64,000 nucleotides of DNA. Origin: Promethearchaeota archaeon. Lineage in GTDB: Archaea; Asgardarchaeota; Lokiarchaeia; Sigyniarchaeales; SOKP01. Each line of letters starts with the position of its first letter. Position 1 is the first letter of the stretch. The notes beneath the pieces were generated by a model, which searched no databases, was not told where the DNA came from, and saw nothing but the letters and a program-made list of their open reading frames with translations. This document shows positions 20,632 to 30,980 of this stretch, piece after piece. The stretch spans positions 784,785 to 848,784 of the forward strand of contig JBHLNF010000001.1 in the NCBI GenBank assembly GCA_048937405.1, in the 5' to 3' direction. Both the position numbers and the translations under genes were made by a program.

Positions 20632-21744
20632 GTGTGTGTAGAACTTTTGTGTGGAGAACTCAATAATCTTAAAAAGACTGCACTCTATGATATTCATCTA
20701 AAAAATAATGCCCGGATGGTTAATTTTGCTGGGTGGTACATGCCAGTTCAATATGAAGGTATAATTAAAGAGCATAATACCGTTCGCTCTTCCGCAGGAG
20801 TATTTGATATCTCCCATATGGGAGAATTTCTCCTTGAAGGAAAAGATGTTTTTAAATTTCTCCAATATATTATGGTAAATGATTTAAACTTATTAGAGCC
20901 ATCTAAAGGTCAATATTCTTGTATGTGTTATGAAAATGGATCAGTTGTGGATGATCTTGTTTATTATGAGGAAACCTATGAACGTTTTAGAATGATAGTG
21001 AATGCGAGTAATATTGAAAAAGATTATCAATGGTTAAATGATCATATCAGGGAATCAAATGTTACAATTACAGATTTATCAACACAAAGATCTCGAATAG
21101 CATTTCAAGGACCTGAAGCGGATGAAAAACTTCAACCTCTTGTTAATATTGATCTTTCTAAAATCAAAAGATTTTATTTTTCTCATTGTTCAATTAAAGA
21201 TATTCCAATCTTTTTGGCAAGAACAGGATATACTGGTGAGCGTGGATTTGAAATATCATTTGAAAATGAATTCGCAAAAAAAATATGGAATGAACTATTA
21301 AATACAGGAGCAAAACCCATTGGTTTAGGTGCTAGAGATTCATTAAGATTGGAAGCTTGTTATGCCTTGTATGGTCATGAGATAAATGAAAATATAACAC
21401 CTATTGAAGCAGGACTTAGTTGGTTAGTAAAACCAAAAGAAGGAATTGATTATATTGGAAAAGAAATTTTGATCAAACAAAAAACTGAGGGAACAAAAAG
21501 AACTTTAGTTGGTCTTAATTTGATTGATAAAGGTATTATCAGAGAAAACTATAAAATCTTTAAAAACAATGATGAAATTGGAATTATTACATCTGGAGGA
21601 TATTCACCTACACTTAAAAAAACAATTGGTTTAGGACTTATTGAGCAACGATATAATGAAATCGGAACAAAACTTGAAATTGAAATTCGTAATAAACTAC
21701 TACAAGGAGAAATAGTATCTACACCATTTTACAGGAATGTATAA
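20632..21744 (+). CDS. gcvT: Glycine cleavage system aminomethyltransferase T
   Basis: FAGWYMPVQY, FDISHMG, RTGYTGERGFE, GLGARDSLRLEA, TSGGYSPTL; exact start uncertain. Confidence 0.97.
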   Translation: MCVELLCGELNNLKKTALYDIHLKNNARMVNFAGWYMPVQYEGIIKEHNTVRSSAGVFDISHMGEFLLEGKDVFKFLQYIMVNDLNLLEPSKGQYSCMCYENGSVVDDLVYYEETYERFRMIVNASNIEKDYQWLNDHIRESNVTITDLSTQRSRIAFQGPEADEKLQPLVNIDLSKIKRFYFSHCSIKDIPIFLARTGYTGERGFEISFENEFAKKIWNELLNTGAKPIGLGARDSLRLEACYALYGHEINENITPIEAGLSWLVKPKEGIDYIGKEILIKQKTEGTKRTLVGLNLIDKGIIRENYKIFKNNDEIGIITSGGYSPTLKKTIGLGLIEQRYNEIGTKLEIEIRNKLLQGEIVSTPFYRNV

Positions 21745-21769
21745 TGAAACTTCAAATTATTAAGAAAGA

Positions 21770-22171
21770 GTGATAAAAATGGAATTTAAATTTCCTGATG
21801 ATTTAAATTATACTTTAACTCATGAATGGGTAAGACTTGAAGATTCACAAGCAATAGTTGGGATTACTGATTATGCTCAACATCAATTAGGTGATATTGT
21901 ATTTATAGAGCTTCCTGAAGTTGGTATGGTATTTGAGAAGGGAAGTAATGCGGCAGAAATAGAATCAGTTAAAGCTATTGGTGACTTAATAATGCCATTA
22001 TCAGGAGAAATCATTGAGGTTAATAAAAATCTCGATAATAACCCTGAACTTATAAATAAATCTCCTTATCTAGATGGGTGGGTGATGAAAATTAAATTTT
22101 CCCATGCGAGTGAGATAGATGAGCTTTATTCAGTTGAAAAATATAAAGAATTTATCCAAAATGAAGAGTAA
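21770..22171 (+). CDS. gcvH: Glycine cleavage system H protein
   Basis: HEWV, GITDYAQHQLGDIVF, ESVK (lipoyl Lys), PYLDGW. Confidence 0.97.
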   Translation: MIKMEFKFPDDLNYTLTHEWVRLEDSQAIVGITDYAQHQLGDIVFIELPEVGMVFEKGSNAAEIESVKAIGDLIMPLSGEIIEVNKNLDNNPELINKSPYLDGWVMKIKFSHASEIDELYSVEKYKEFIQNEE

Positions 22172-22232
22172 TAATAATTGTTTCAATATTTTTTTAAAAT
22201 AATTATGAAAAAAATCTTAAGAGGGAAAATAG

Positions 22233-23579
22233 TTGGATTTTATTCCTCATGATGATAAAGAGATTTCACAAATGTTAGACATAATTGGTATAAAATCTTT
22301 ACAAGAACTTTTTCAAGATATCCCAAAAGATTTAATTATTGAAAAGCTTGATTTACCATCTGGTTTATCTGAACCAGATCTTTTGCAGGAGATCGAAAAA
22401 ATCTCTCAAAAGAATAAACTATATTCCAGTTCATTTTTAGGAGCAGGATGTTATTATCATTATATACCTTCCTTAGTGGATTTTGTAACTTCGAGATCAG
22501 AATTTTACACTTCATATACACCTTATCAAGCTGAAGCAAGTCAAGGTTATTTACAAGCTATGTATGAATATCAAACAATAATTTCTCGACTTACACAGAT
22601 GGATGTATCTAATGCTAGTATGTATGATGGTTCAACTGCTCTTGCTGAGGCAGCCATTATGTCTACAATTATTACACGTAAAAATACAATTATTTTACTT
22701 AATGGAATTCACCCAGAATACGAGGAAGTAGTTAAAACCTATTGTTGGGGCCAAAATATAAGAACTATTACCACTAGTGAAGAAGATTTACACTTAAAAT
22801 TAAATAATGATGTAGCAGCTGTTTTATTTCAAAGCCCTAATTTTTTCGGTGATATTGAAGATACCTTAAAGTTTACTAAAGTCATAAGAGAAAAGTTGTC
22901 TAACTGTTTGATTATTCAAGCTATGACAGATCCAACTTGTTTAGGGATTTTAAAACCTCCTGGAAAAACAGATATAGATATTTTTGTTGCTGAAGGACAA
23001 TCTTTTGGATTAAAACCTTCTTTTGGGGGTCCTGGATTAGGAATTTTTACAACTAAACAAAAATATTTGAGGAAAATACCAGGAAGACTAATTGGAAAGA
23101 CTACTGAAATTGAGGGTGAAAAGAACGGATTTATTTTAACATTACAAGCACGAGAACAACATATACGTAGGGAAAGAGCAAGTTCCAATATTTGTACCAA
23201 CCAAGCTTTATGTTCATTGGCTGCACTAACTTATCTTTTAGCATTAGGAAGATCTGGGCTAAAGGAGATTGCTACCCAAAATTTTCAAAAAGCTCATTAT
23301 ATAAAAAAAGAACTGAGCAATATTAGTGGATATGAAATTCTGAATAAAAAACCGACCTATAATGAGTTCATAGTAAAATGCCCTGATATTGATAATCTAT
23401 TAAAGTTATGTAAACAAAGAAATCTTCAGCCTCCTTTAAAACTCTCAAAATATTATCCCGAAATGGATAAAGTTGCATTAATTTGTGTAACTGAGATGAA
23501 TTCGAAGAATTCAATTGATAACTTTCTTGAAATAGCACAATTAACATCAAATAACAAAACGGAGGAAGATATTAAGTGA
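22233..23579 (+). CDS. gcvPA: Glycine dehydrogenase subunit 1
   Basis: FLGAG, TSYTPYQAEASQG, NASMYDG, REQHIRRERASSNICTNQ. Confidence 0.97.
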   Translation: MDFIPHDDKEISQMLDIIGIKSLQELFQDIPKDLIIEKLDLPSGLSEPDLLQEIEKISQKNKLYSSSFLGAGCYYHYIPSLVDFVTSRSEFYTSYTPYQAEASQGYLQAMYEYQTIISRLTQMDVSNASMYDGSTALAEAAIMSTIITRKNTIILLNGIHPEYEEVVKTYCWGQNIRTITTSEEDLHLKLNNDVAAVLFQSPNFFGDIEDTLKFTKVIREKLSNCLIIQAMTDPTCLGILKPPGKTDIDIFVAEGQSFGLKPSFGGPGLGIFTTKQKYLRKIPGRLIGKTTEIEGEKNGFILTLQAREQHIRRERASSNICTNQALCSLAALTYLLALGRSGLKEIATQNFQKAHYIKKELSNISGYEILNKKPTYNEFIVKCPDIDNLLKLCKQRNLQPPLKLSKYYPEMDKVALICVTEMNSKNSIDNFLEIAQLTSNNKTEEDIK

Positions 23580-25012
23580 ATTCTAGTATTCAATTGATTT
23601 TTAATAAAGAAAACGAGAATTTACAACAGAATTTTGTCCCAAAAATGGATGTATTTCAAACTAATATTAAAGAAATTTTACCTGAAAATTTAATGAGAAA
23701 AGAATTACCAATACCGAATGTACCTGAAATTGAGATAGTCCGGCACTTTATAAGATTAAGTAATAAAAATTATGGTGTCGATACGGGGATTTATCCATTA
23801 GGATCTTGTACTATGAAATACAATCCCAAAGTAAATGAAACAATAGCAAAATTATCAGGTTTCACAAATATTCATCCATTACAGGAAGAAAATCAAGGTT
23901 GTTTTGAATTACTTTATCATATTTCAGAGTTATTAGGAAGAATAACAGGAATGGATGGATTTACATTACAACCTGCAGCTGGAGCTCATGGAGAATTAGT
24001 AGGATTATTGATGATAAAAAAGTATTTTGAAAGTAAAGGGATTAAAAAACAGAAAATTATTGTTCCAGACTCTGCACATGGAACTAACCCAGCTTCAGCA
24101 AAAATGGCAGGCTTTTCAATTATAGAATTAACATCAAATAAATTTGGAGAAGTGCCCTTAGATCAATTGGAATATGCATTAAAAGAAGGTGATGTTGCTG
24201 GAATTATGCTTACAAATCCTAATACACTTGGTATATTTGATAGACAAATTAAGGAGATTACTCGTCTAGTACATACTTATGGGGGCCTGTGCTATTATGA
24301 TGGTGCCAATTTAAATCCGATGTTAGGTATATGTCGTCCTCGAGACATGGGATTTGATATTGTTCATCTAAATTTGCATAAAACATTTTCTACTCCTCAT
24401 GGTGGAGGTGGACCAGGATCAGGACCAATAGGTGTGATTAGAGAATTAATACCCTTTCTTCCCAAACCCCATTTAAATTCTATTGAAAAAGATATTATAC
24501 GTAATGATACTTGTGATTTATCAATTGGAAGAATAAAAGCTTTTTGGGGAAATTTTGGGATTATTATTAGAGCTTATGCTTACATTTTAGCATTAGGTGC
24601 CGAAGGTTTAAAAAAAGTAGGACAAATTGCTGTTTTGAATGCGAATTATTTAAGGATTCTTTTAAAAGAGAAATACCATCTTCCCTTCAATCGAATTTGT
24701 CAACATGAATTTGTATTATCAGATCAAGGAATAACTAACAATATTACAACAGAAGATATTGCGAAGCGTATTCTAGATTATGGAATTTATGCACCAACAA
24801 TCTATTTTCCATTAATCATCTCAGGTGCAATGATGATTGAACCAACAGAAACTGAGTCAAAACAATCTTTGGATTACTTTGTTGAAGTAATGAATAAAAT
24901 TTATGATGAGGTTAGAACTCACCCTGAATTATTAAAAAAAGCACCTCATAATATGTCAGTTAAACGATTAAACGCAGTTACCGCGGCAAGAAAACCTATT
25001 CTGCATGATTAA
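23576..25012 (+). CDS. gcvPB: Glycine dehydrogenase subunit 2
   Basis: PLGSCTMKYNP, QPAAGAHGE, SAHGTNPAS, NLHKTFSTPHGGGGPG, EPTETES. Confidence 0.97.
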   Translation: MNSSIQLIFNKENENLQQNFVPKMDVFQTNIKEILPENLMRKELPIPNVPEIEIVRHFIRLSNKNYGVDTGIYPLGSCTMKYNPKVNETIAKLSGFTNIHPLQEENQGCFELLYHISELLGRITGMDGFTLQPAAGAHGELVGLLMIKKYFESKGIKKQKIIVPDSAHGTNPASAKMAGFSIIELTSNKFGEVPLDQLEYALKEGDVAGIMLTNPNTLGIFDRQIKEITRLVHTYGGLCYYDGANLNPMLGICRPRDMGFDIVHLNLHKTFSTPHGGGGPGSGPIGVIRELIPFLPKPHLNSIEKDIIRNDTCDLSIGRIKAFWGNFGIIIRAYAYILALGAEGLKKVGQIAVLNANYLRILLKEKYHLPFNRICQHEFVLSDQGITNNITTEDIAKRILDYGIYAPTIYFPLIISGAMMIEPTETESKQSLDYFVEVMNKIYDEVRTHPELLKKAPHNMSVKRLNAVTAARKPILHD

Positions 25013-25185
25013 ATTTATGCTAAATCAGCCTAAGTTTGATGTATTTTATGAAAAAAGGAAACAAAGATTTATTCTATTCTATATTTCAGGAATATTTACA
25101 TTAGAATAAATAAATTTTTATAGTCTATGGGAATATAAGGGTTAAAATAGAATGAAATTTATAAATTAGAATTCGGTGATTTAAT

Positions 25186-27153
25186 ATAGATTATTCCTCT
25201 TTTTTTCCCTATGAACAATTCAGAGAAAATCAAGAAAATATCATTAATCAAATTGAATTAAGTTCAAGATCAAAAAAAATCTCTCTATTATTAGCTCCTA
25301 ATGGAACAGGAAAGACAATAATTGCTTTATGTGGGTTATTACCTTTAGCTTATGAAAAAGATTTAAAGATAATATATATGTGTCGAACTCATTCTCAAAA
25401 TCGTAGAATTATAAAAGAATTAATAAAAATTTCAAATAGACTAATTAATGATAATCTAGGGATTAAACTTAACGCATTATCTATAAGAGGGAGAAATGAG
25501 ATGTGCCTAAATGAAACATTGATATCTCTTAAGCTAAATCCTAAAGAAGCTATGTCTGTATGCGGAGATTTAAGAAAAAATAGGAACTGTAGCTACTTTT
25601 TGAATTTGTTAAAAAAGAAAGGACAAAATGAAAATCCAATAATGATAGCACCAGAATTATTTAATAAGCCCGTGGATGCAGAAGATTTACTCAATTTTTG
25701 TAAAGAAAAGAAATATTGCCCCTATTTCTTAAGTAAGTTCTTACTTGAAAAAATGAAAATAATTATTTGTAATTACCAATGGATTTTCAATCCATTTATT
25801 CGAGAATCATTTTTAGAATTTATTGGTCAAGAACTTCAGAATTGTATTATAGTATTGGATGAATGCCATAATATAATTGATGTTGCTACAGAAGTAAATT
25901 CAAAAAGGATTACTCCATATTCATTAAGACTTAGTTTGAAAGATCTAGAGATGTATAGATCTCCTATTTTAATGCAAAGTTTTGTTAAAATTCTATTAGA
26001 TCATTTAGATGAAAAGAAAAAAAATCTAAAAATTGAAGAAAAAGCAATAGTACCTGAAAAATTATTGGGTGATAGTTATAAGAAACTGGGAATTAATGAT
26101 TTAAATGGATTTAAGAATTTTATTGAAGAAATACTTGATTATAGTGTATCTATTCATGAGGAAAAACTCGCTAATGGTGAAATTTCAAGAGACTATGTTG
26201 GATCATTAGCAGAATTTTGGCTGAAGTGGGTGAATACTTATACTTTAGATAATTATTTTTTCTGCTATAATGTGAAAATGATAAAAGGAAAGAAATCAAT
26301 ATCACTTGAAATTATAGCATTAGATCCAAGAGAAATTTCTATTCCTCTCTTAAAAAGAGTATATACTTGTTTAAATCTCTCTGGAACCGTGAATCCTTAT
26401 GTATTTAATAATTTAATGGGATTAAATGAGTGTGGTAAGAGCTATAAGGGTATAATAGCAGATTCACCATTTAGTAATAAAAATATTAAGGCTCTAATCA
26501 TCGATGGAGTTGATACAAAAAGGAATAACAGAATACCAATAATGTTCAAAAAAATGAATGAAAAAATTAATGAAGTTCTGCAGTGCACTCCAGCAAACAT
26601 AGGAATTTTTTGTGCCTCTTATCGAATCCTAAATTCGCTTGTGGAACATGGTTTAGAATCTATAGTACAAAAAAATGAAAAAAAATTATTTATTGAAGAA
26701 CCTGGATTGTCTGCTTCTGAAAATGCACTATTGATCGATGATTTTAAAAGTATGGCTTCAAATGGGGGTGCTGTGTTATTAGGAGTATGTGGAGGGAGGA
26801 ATTCAGAAGGAGAAGATTATCCTGGAAATTTCATGAATTCTGTAATAATTGCTGGTTTTCCATATCATCTACCAACTCCAAGAGTAGAGGCAAAAATCAA
26901 TTATTATAATAAAGTATTTAAAAAGCAAGGATGGAACTTTGCTTATTTATATCCCGCTGTTCAGCGAGCCAATCAAGCTTCTGGAAGACCAATTAGAAAG
27001 ATCTCTGATAAGGGAGCAATAATTTTCATGGACAGTCGTTTTAAAGAAAAATATAAATGGATTTCGGATTGGATAAGAAATCAATTAGAAATAATTCCTG
27101 ATAAACCTAAAGCAATAATCAAGAAGCTTTCTCCTTTTTGGAATAGGAAGTGA
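25186..27153 (+). CDS. XPD/Rad3-family Fe-S DNA helicase, non-canonical ATA start
   Basis: The Q motif (FPYEQFRENQ) and Walker A (APNGTGKT) are in frame upstream of the ORF-track ATG at 25378. Also DECH, Fe-S Cys, SGT, SEGEDY and QASGRPIR. Confidence 0.92.
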   Translation: MDYSSFFPYEQFRENQENIINQIELSSRSKKISLLLAPNGTGKTIIALCGLLPLAYEKDLKIIYMCRTHSQNRRIIKELIKISNRLINDNLGIKLNALSIRGRNEMCLNETLISLKLNPKEAMSVCGDLRKNRNCSYFLNLLKKKGQNENPIMIAPELFNKPVDAEDLLNFCKEKKYCPYFLSKFLLEKMKIIICNYQWIFNPFIRESFLEFIGQELQNCIIVLDECHNIIDVATEVNSKRITPYSLRLSLKDLEMYRSPILMQSFVKILLDHLDEKKKNLKIEEKAIVPEKLLGDSYKKLGINDLNGFKNFIEEILDYSVSIHEEKLANGEISRDYVGSLAEFWLKWVNTYTLDNYFFCYNVKMIKGKKSISLEIIALDPREISIPLLKRVYTCLNLSGTVNPYVFNNLMGLNECGKSYKGIIADSPFSNKNIKALIIDGVDTKRNNRIPIMFKKMNEKINEVLQCTPANIGIFCASYRILNSLVEHGLESIVQKNEKKLFIEEPGLSASENALLIDDFKSMASNGGAVLLGVCGGRNSEGEDYPGNFMNSVIIAGFPYHLPTPRVEAKINYYNKVFKKQGWNFAYLYPAVQRANQASGRPIRKISDKGAIIFMDSRFKEKYKWISDWIRNQLEIIPDKPKAIIKKLSPFWNRK

Positions 27154-27157
27154 ATTT

Positions 27158-28333
27158 TTAGTCCGGTTTGAATTTAAAGAAAATTATGAAAGTGGAAATT
27201 GCTGGAAATATTATCATAAAATACATAACAATATAATAATCAGAATTAAAAACAGATAATAATAAGCTGAATAATAGTCCACCGAGAAAACTTCCTGAAA
27301 AAACACTGGTATTAGCAAAACCCATATATTTACCTTTATTTTTGGGTGAAGTTTTATTAGATATGTAAGTTACTGTTGCAGCCCAATGCAAAGAATAGCT
27401 AAAAGAAACTAATAATTGGCATACTAAAAAACTCCAGAAATTCGTTGAAATTATATATCCAAAGATTGTAATTGTGCTTAAAGCATAGCCAATGATCATG
27501 AAAGATTTAAGATTTTCATTAGTTAATATTTTACCAATTAATAACATCTGAAAGAATTGTAATAAAAAGTTAATTCCAATCAAAAATCCAATTTCTGTAT
27601 CATTACTTAAATGAATCCCCATAATAATTGCCAATATTGGCAAGATTGATTTCAGACTAAAATTTCTAAAAAATAATCCATGATAAATTGATTTTGAAAT
27701 TAAAATATTTTCTTGATTATTAATTAATAAAAGATCATCTGAGTTTTTCTCTGTTTTTCTGTTAAATCTTTCTAAAATCAATGATCTTTTTTCTTTTATA
27801 AAAAACAAAATAATTAAATTTGGTAAAAAAACTAAAAAAGAAAAGAAAAATATATTCTCAATTCCATAGAAATCAATAAAAATACCACCAGATTGAGCTC
27901 CAACAAACCAACCGGCAACAACTGAAGCATTATAGTAAGAAATGAAAGTTTTATCATTTTCTACTAATTCAGCAAATAATGTCATTAATAAATTATTTGA
28001 TGCCATAAAAAAGCCAAAAATAAATATTAATAGTATTAAAATAAATAAATTCTGGGAAAGAAATAATAAAAAAAAATAGATAAAAGACATTCCAAGAGAG
28101 CCAATCAAAATAAAAATATATCTATTTTGAATTTTATCTGAATAATGACCATATATTGGTGGAAAAATAAAAGCAGTTAAAGGAAAAATTGTAATTATTA
28201 GTTGTATTATCGGTCTTTCTATACCTGAAAATTCCAAATACTTAGGTAAATATGTAAGTAGAGTAATTGAAGCTGTACTGATAATAAAAATAGATATTAA
28301 AATTAGAACAACCGATTTTTTTGATAAGATCAA
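27158..28333 (-). CDS. MFS transporter (paralogue 1 of 3)
   Basis: About 12 TM; GHYSDKIQNR motif A; KGKYMG. Confidence 0.92.
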   Translation of the reverse strand: MILSKKSVVLILISIFIISTASITLLTYLPKYLEFSGIERPIIQLIITIFPLTAFIFPPIYGHYSDKIQNRYIFILIGSLGMSFIYFFLLFLSQNLFILILLIFIFGFFMASNNLLMTLFAELVENDKTFISYYNASVVAGWFVGAQSGGIFIDFYGIENIFFFSFLVFLPNLIILFFIKEKRSLILERFNRKTEKNSDDLLLINNQENILISKSIYHGLFFRNFSLKSILPILAIIMGIHLSNDTEIGFLIGINFLLQFFQMLLIGKILTNENLKSFMIIGYALSTITIFGYIISTNFWSFLVCQLLVSFSYSLHWAATVTYISNKTSPKNKGKYMGFANTSVFSGSFLGGLLFSLLLSVFNSDYYIVMYFMIIFPAISTFIIFFKFKPD

Positions 28334-28482
28334 CTAATATTCCCCTTTTATGAAATTCAAATTATTTTACTTTTTAGTAATTATAAAAAATTAGTGTAAA
28401 ATAATTACTATATTAAAAAAATTAATCACTTAATCTCAGTATTTAAGCAAGAAATAAAAATATCTCCTTTAAATTCTTTAAA

Positions 28483-29655
28483 TTACTCGGTACTTTTAAA
28501 TTTAAAAAATATAATTAATGTAGAAATTAATGGAAAAATAATCATAAATGACATAGATATATAATAATTAGAGTTAGACAGTGCTAACAATAAACTAAAA
28601 AACATACCTCCAATTGTTGTACCAGCAAAAATACTAGATGTAGCATATCCCATATAACGCCCTTTATTGAGAGGAGTCGAATTTTGAGCAATATAAACAG
28701 TTGTTGCCATCCAAAATAGTGAATAACTTAAAGAAAGAAGAACTTGAAAAATTAAGAAGCTCCAAAAGGTCTCTGATATAATATATCCAATAATAACAAT
28801 AACTGATAAAAAGTATCCTAAAATCATAACAACTTTAATATTATTTTGCTTTAATTTCTTTCCTATGAATGGCATGGTGAAAAACTGTAATAAAGGGTTA
28901 ATCCCCACGAGTAATGCTATTTGAGTATTATTCCCTAAGTAGAACCCTATAATAATTACAAGAATGTTTAAGATTGGTATAATACCATAATTCCTAAAAA
29001 AAAGACTCAGGTATATAGATTTAGAGATATTTTCTTTTTTAAGATTTTTTATCACTTCTTCTTTATGAGCATTCTCTGATATTTCAGCATTACTTTCTAG
29101 AATTAATTGTCGATTTTCTCTGATAAATATATTAAAAATAATACTTGGCAAGAACATGATTAATGCAAAGAGGAACAAATTCTCAATGTTAAAAAAGTCT
29201 ATAAATATACCACCTATTATGACACCCGTAAAATTGCCAATTGAACAGATTGAGTTATAATAAGAAATCCACTTTTTGTCATTTTGAACTAATTCACTAA
29301 AAAGAGTAAAAAAAATAGTTCCAAATGAAATAAAAAAGCCAAAAATGAAAATTAATACATTTAGGATTATAATATTTTTGGTAAAAAGAAGTAGAACTAA
29401 AGTAGTGAACATTCCTAAAGGACTTAACATAATAAAATATATTCTGTTTTGGAGTTTATCTGAATACCTTCCTAATAATGGTGGAAAAATAAAGAAGGTA
29501 GACATCGTAAAAGTCATTGTTAAAGTAATAATTGGTGATTCTATCCCCAAAAATAATAAATATTGAGGTAAATAAGTGTACAACAACATTATAGCAACAT
29601 AGATAAAGAAAACGGTTCCCAGAATGAAGATAACAGATTTCTTTGATATTATCAA
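28483..29655 (-). CDS. MFS transporter (paralogue 2 of 3)
   Basis: About 12 TM; GRYSDKLQNR; KGRYMG. Confidence 0.92.
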   Translation of the reverse strand: MIISKKSVIFILGTVFFIYVAIMLLYTYLPQYLLFLGIESPIITLTMTFTMSTFFIFPPLLGRYSDKLQNRIYFIMLSPLGMFTTLVLLLFTKNIIILNVLIFIFGFFISFGTIFFTLFSELVQNDKKWISYYNSICSIGNFTGVIIGGIFIDFFNIENLFLFALIMFLPSIIFNIFIRENRQLILESNAEISENAHKEEVIKNLKKENISKSIYLSLFFRNYGIIPILNILVIIIGFYLGNNTQIALLVGINPLLQFFTMPFIGKKLKQNNIKVVMILGYFLSVIVIIGYIISETFWSFLIFQVLLSLSYSLFWMATTVYIAQNSTPLNKGRYMGYATSSIFAGTTIGGMFFSLLLALSNSNYYISMSFMIIFPLISTLIIFFKFKSTE

Positions 29656-29789
29656 ATTTCCTTCAACGTGCTATAAATTTGCTTAAACGTAATCTCTAAA
29701 ATATTGTTAGATTTATTTAATTTTCTACAAAGATGTGCATTAAAATGTTTAATGTTGAATCTATAACCAAATTATTCAGAATTCAATAA

Positions 29790-30977
29790 TTACTCACTTT
29801 TGAATTTAAAAAATATTATCAATGTAGAAATTAAAGGAAATATGAGCATTATCCACATAAAAGCATAATAGTCTGAATTAAATATCAATAAAGAAGTATA
29901 AAAAAGACCTCCAAAAAAGCCCCCTGAAAAAAAACTTGAATTTGCATAGCCAAGATATTTACCCTTATTATTTGGATCAGTTTTTTGAGCAATATAGATT
30001 TGGGTTGCATTCCAAAATAATGCAAAAGAAGCAGAAACCATTATTTGAGATAGAAAAAAACTGAAGAAGTCAGTAGCAAACATATATCCTAAGATAGCTC
30101 CACAACTTAAAAAAAAACCTAACATCAAAACATACTTCTCATTCTTTTTTGAAATAAATTTTCCGGTAATAAGCATTATAAAGAACTGAAGTAAAGGATT
30201 AAATCCTAATAAAAATCCAATCTGAACACCACTAGCCAAATGAAATCCCATTAAAATTGCTAAAATTGTAACTATTGGTCTTACACCGAAATGTCTCGAA
30301 AAGAGTGCTATATAAAGTGATTTAGAGATTGATGGGTTATTATCTACCTCATCTTCCATATTATTATTTACTTTTTCATTTTTTTCATTGTTATAGTATT
30401 CAATTATATCTTTTCTATTCTCCCTAATAAATAAGATAATTGAACAATTAATTATGGAAATGACTAGAAAAAATATAAATATGCGCGAAATTCCAAATAT
30501 ATCTATATAGATACCCCCAAATTGCGAACCAAGAAACCATCCAAATACAGAAATTGCATTATAATAAATTACAAAGTTTGAATTACTTTTTGTTAATTCT
30601 TGAAACAGAGTGAAGTTTAACCTATAACTAGCGTTAAACATACCATAAATAATTAATAATATTGTTATTAAAATTAGATTCTTTGTAAATATTAAAGTTA
30701 GAAAAATTAGACTTGTACCAAATGACCCCATTATGATAAAGATATACCTATTTTGTATTTTGTCTGACAACTTACCAAAAACTTGTGGAAAAAATATTAG
30801 GGCCAAAGGATAAATTGTAATAACAAATTGTACAACTGAAGGATTGAATCCAAGATCTTTTAAATAAGGAGGAAGATAATTTATCAGTGCTATACCCGCT
30901 GCACCATATATTAAAGCTGAGATTAGACAAAGAAAAACAGAACTTTTTGAAAGTATTTTAAGATTAGCTTCTTGCAT
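29790..30977 (-). CDS. MFS transporter (paralogue 3 of 3)
   Basis: About 12 TM; GKLSDKIQNR; KGKYLG. Confidence 0.92.
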   Translation of the reverse strand: MQEANLKILSKSSVFLCLISALIYGAAGIALINYLPPYLKDLGFNPSVVQFVITIYPLALIFFPQVFGKLSDKIQNRYIFIIMGSFGTSLIFLTLIFTKNLILITILLIIYGMFNASYRLNFTLFQELTKSNSNFVIYYNAISVFGWFLGSQFGGIYIDIFGISRIFIFFLVISIINCSIILFIRENRKDIIEYYNNEKNEKVNNNMEDEVDNNPSISKSLYIALFSRHFGVRPIVTILAILMGFHLASGVQIGFLLGFNPLLQFFIMLITGKFISKKNEKYVLMLGFFLSCGAILGYMFATDFFSFFLSQIMVSASFALFWNATQIYIAQKTDPNNKGKYLGYANSSFFSGGFFGGLFYTSLLIFNSDYYAFMWIMLIFPLISTLIIFFKFKSE

Positions 30978-30980
30978 CTT

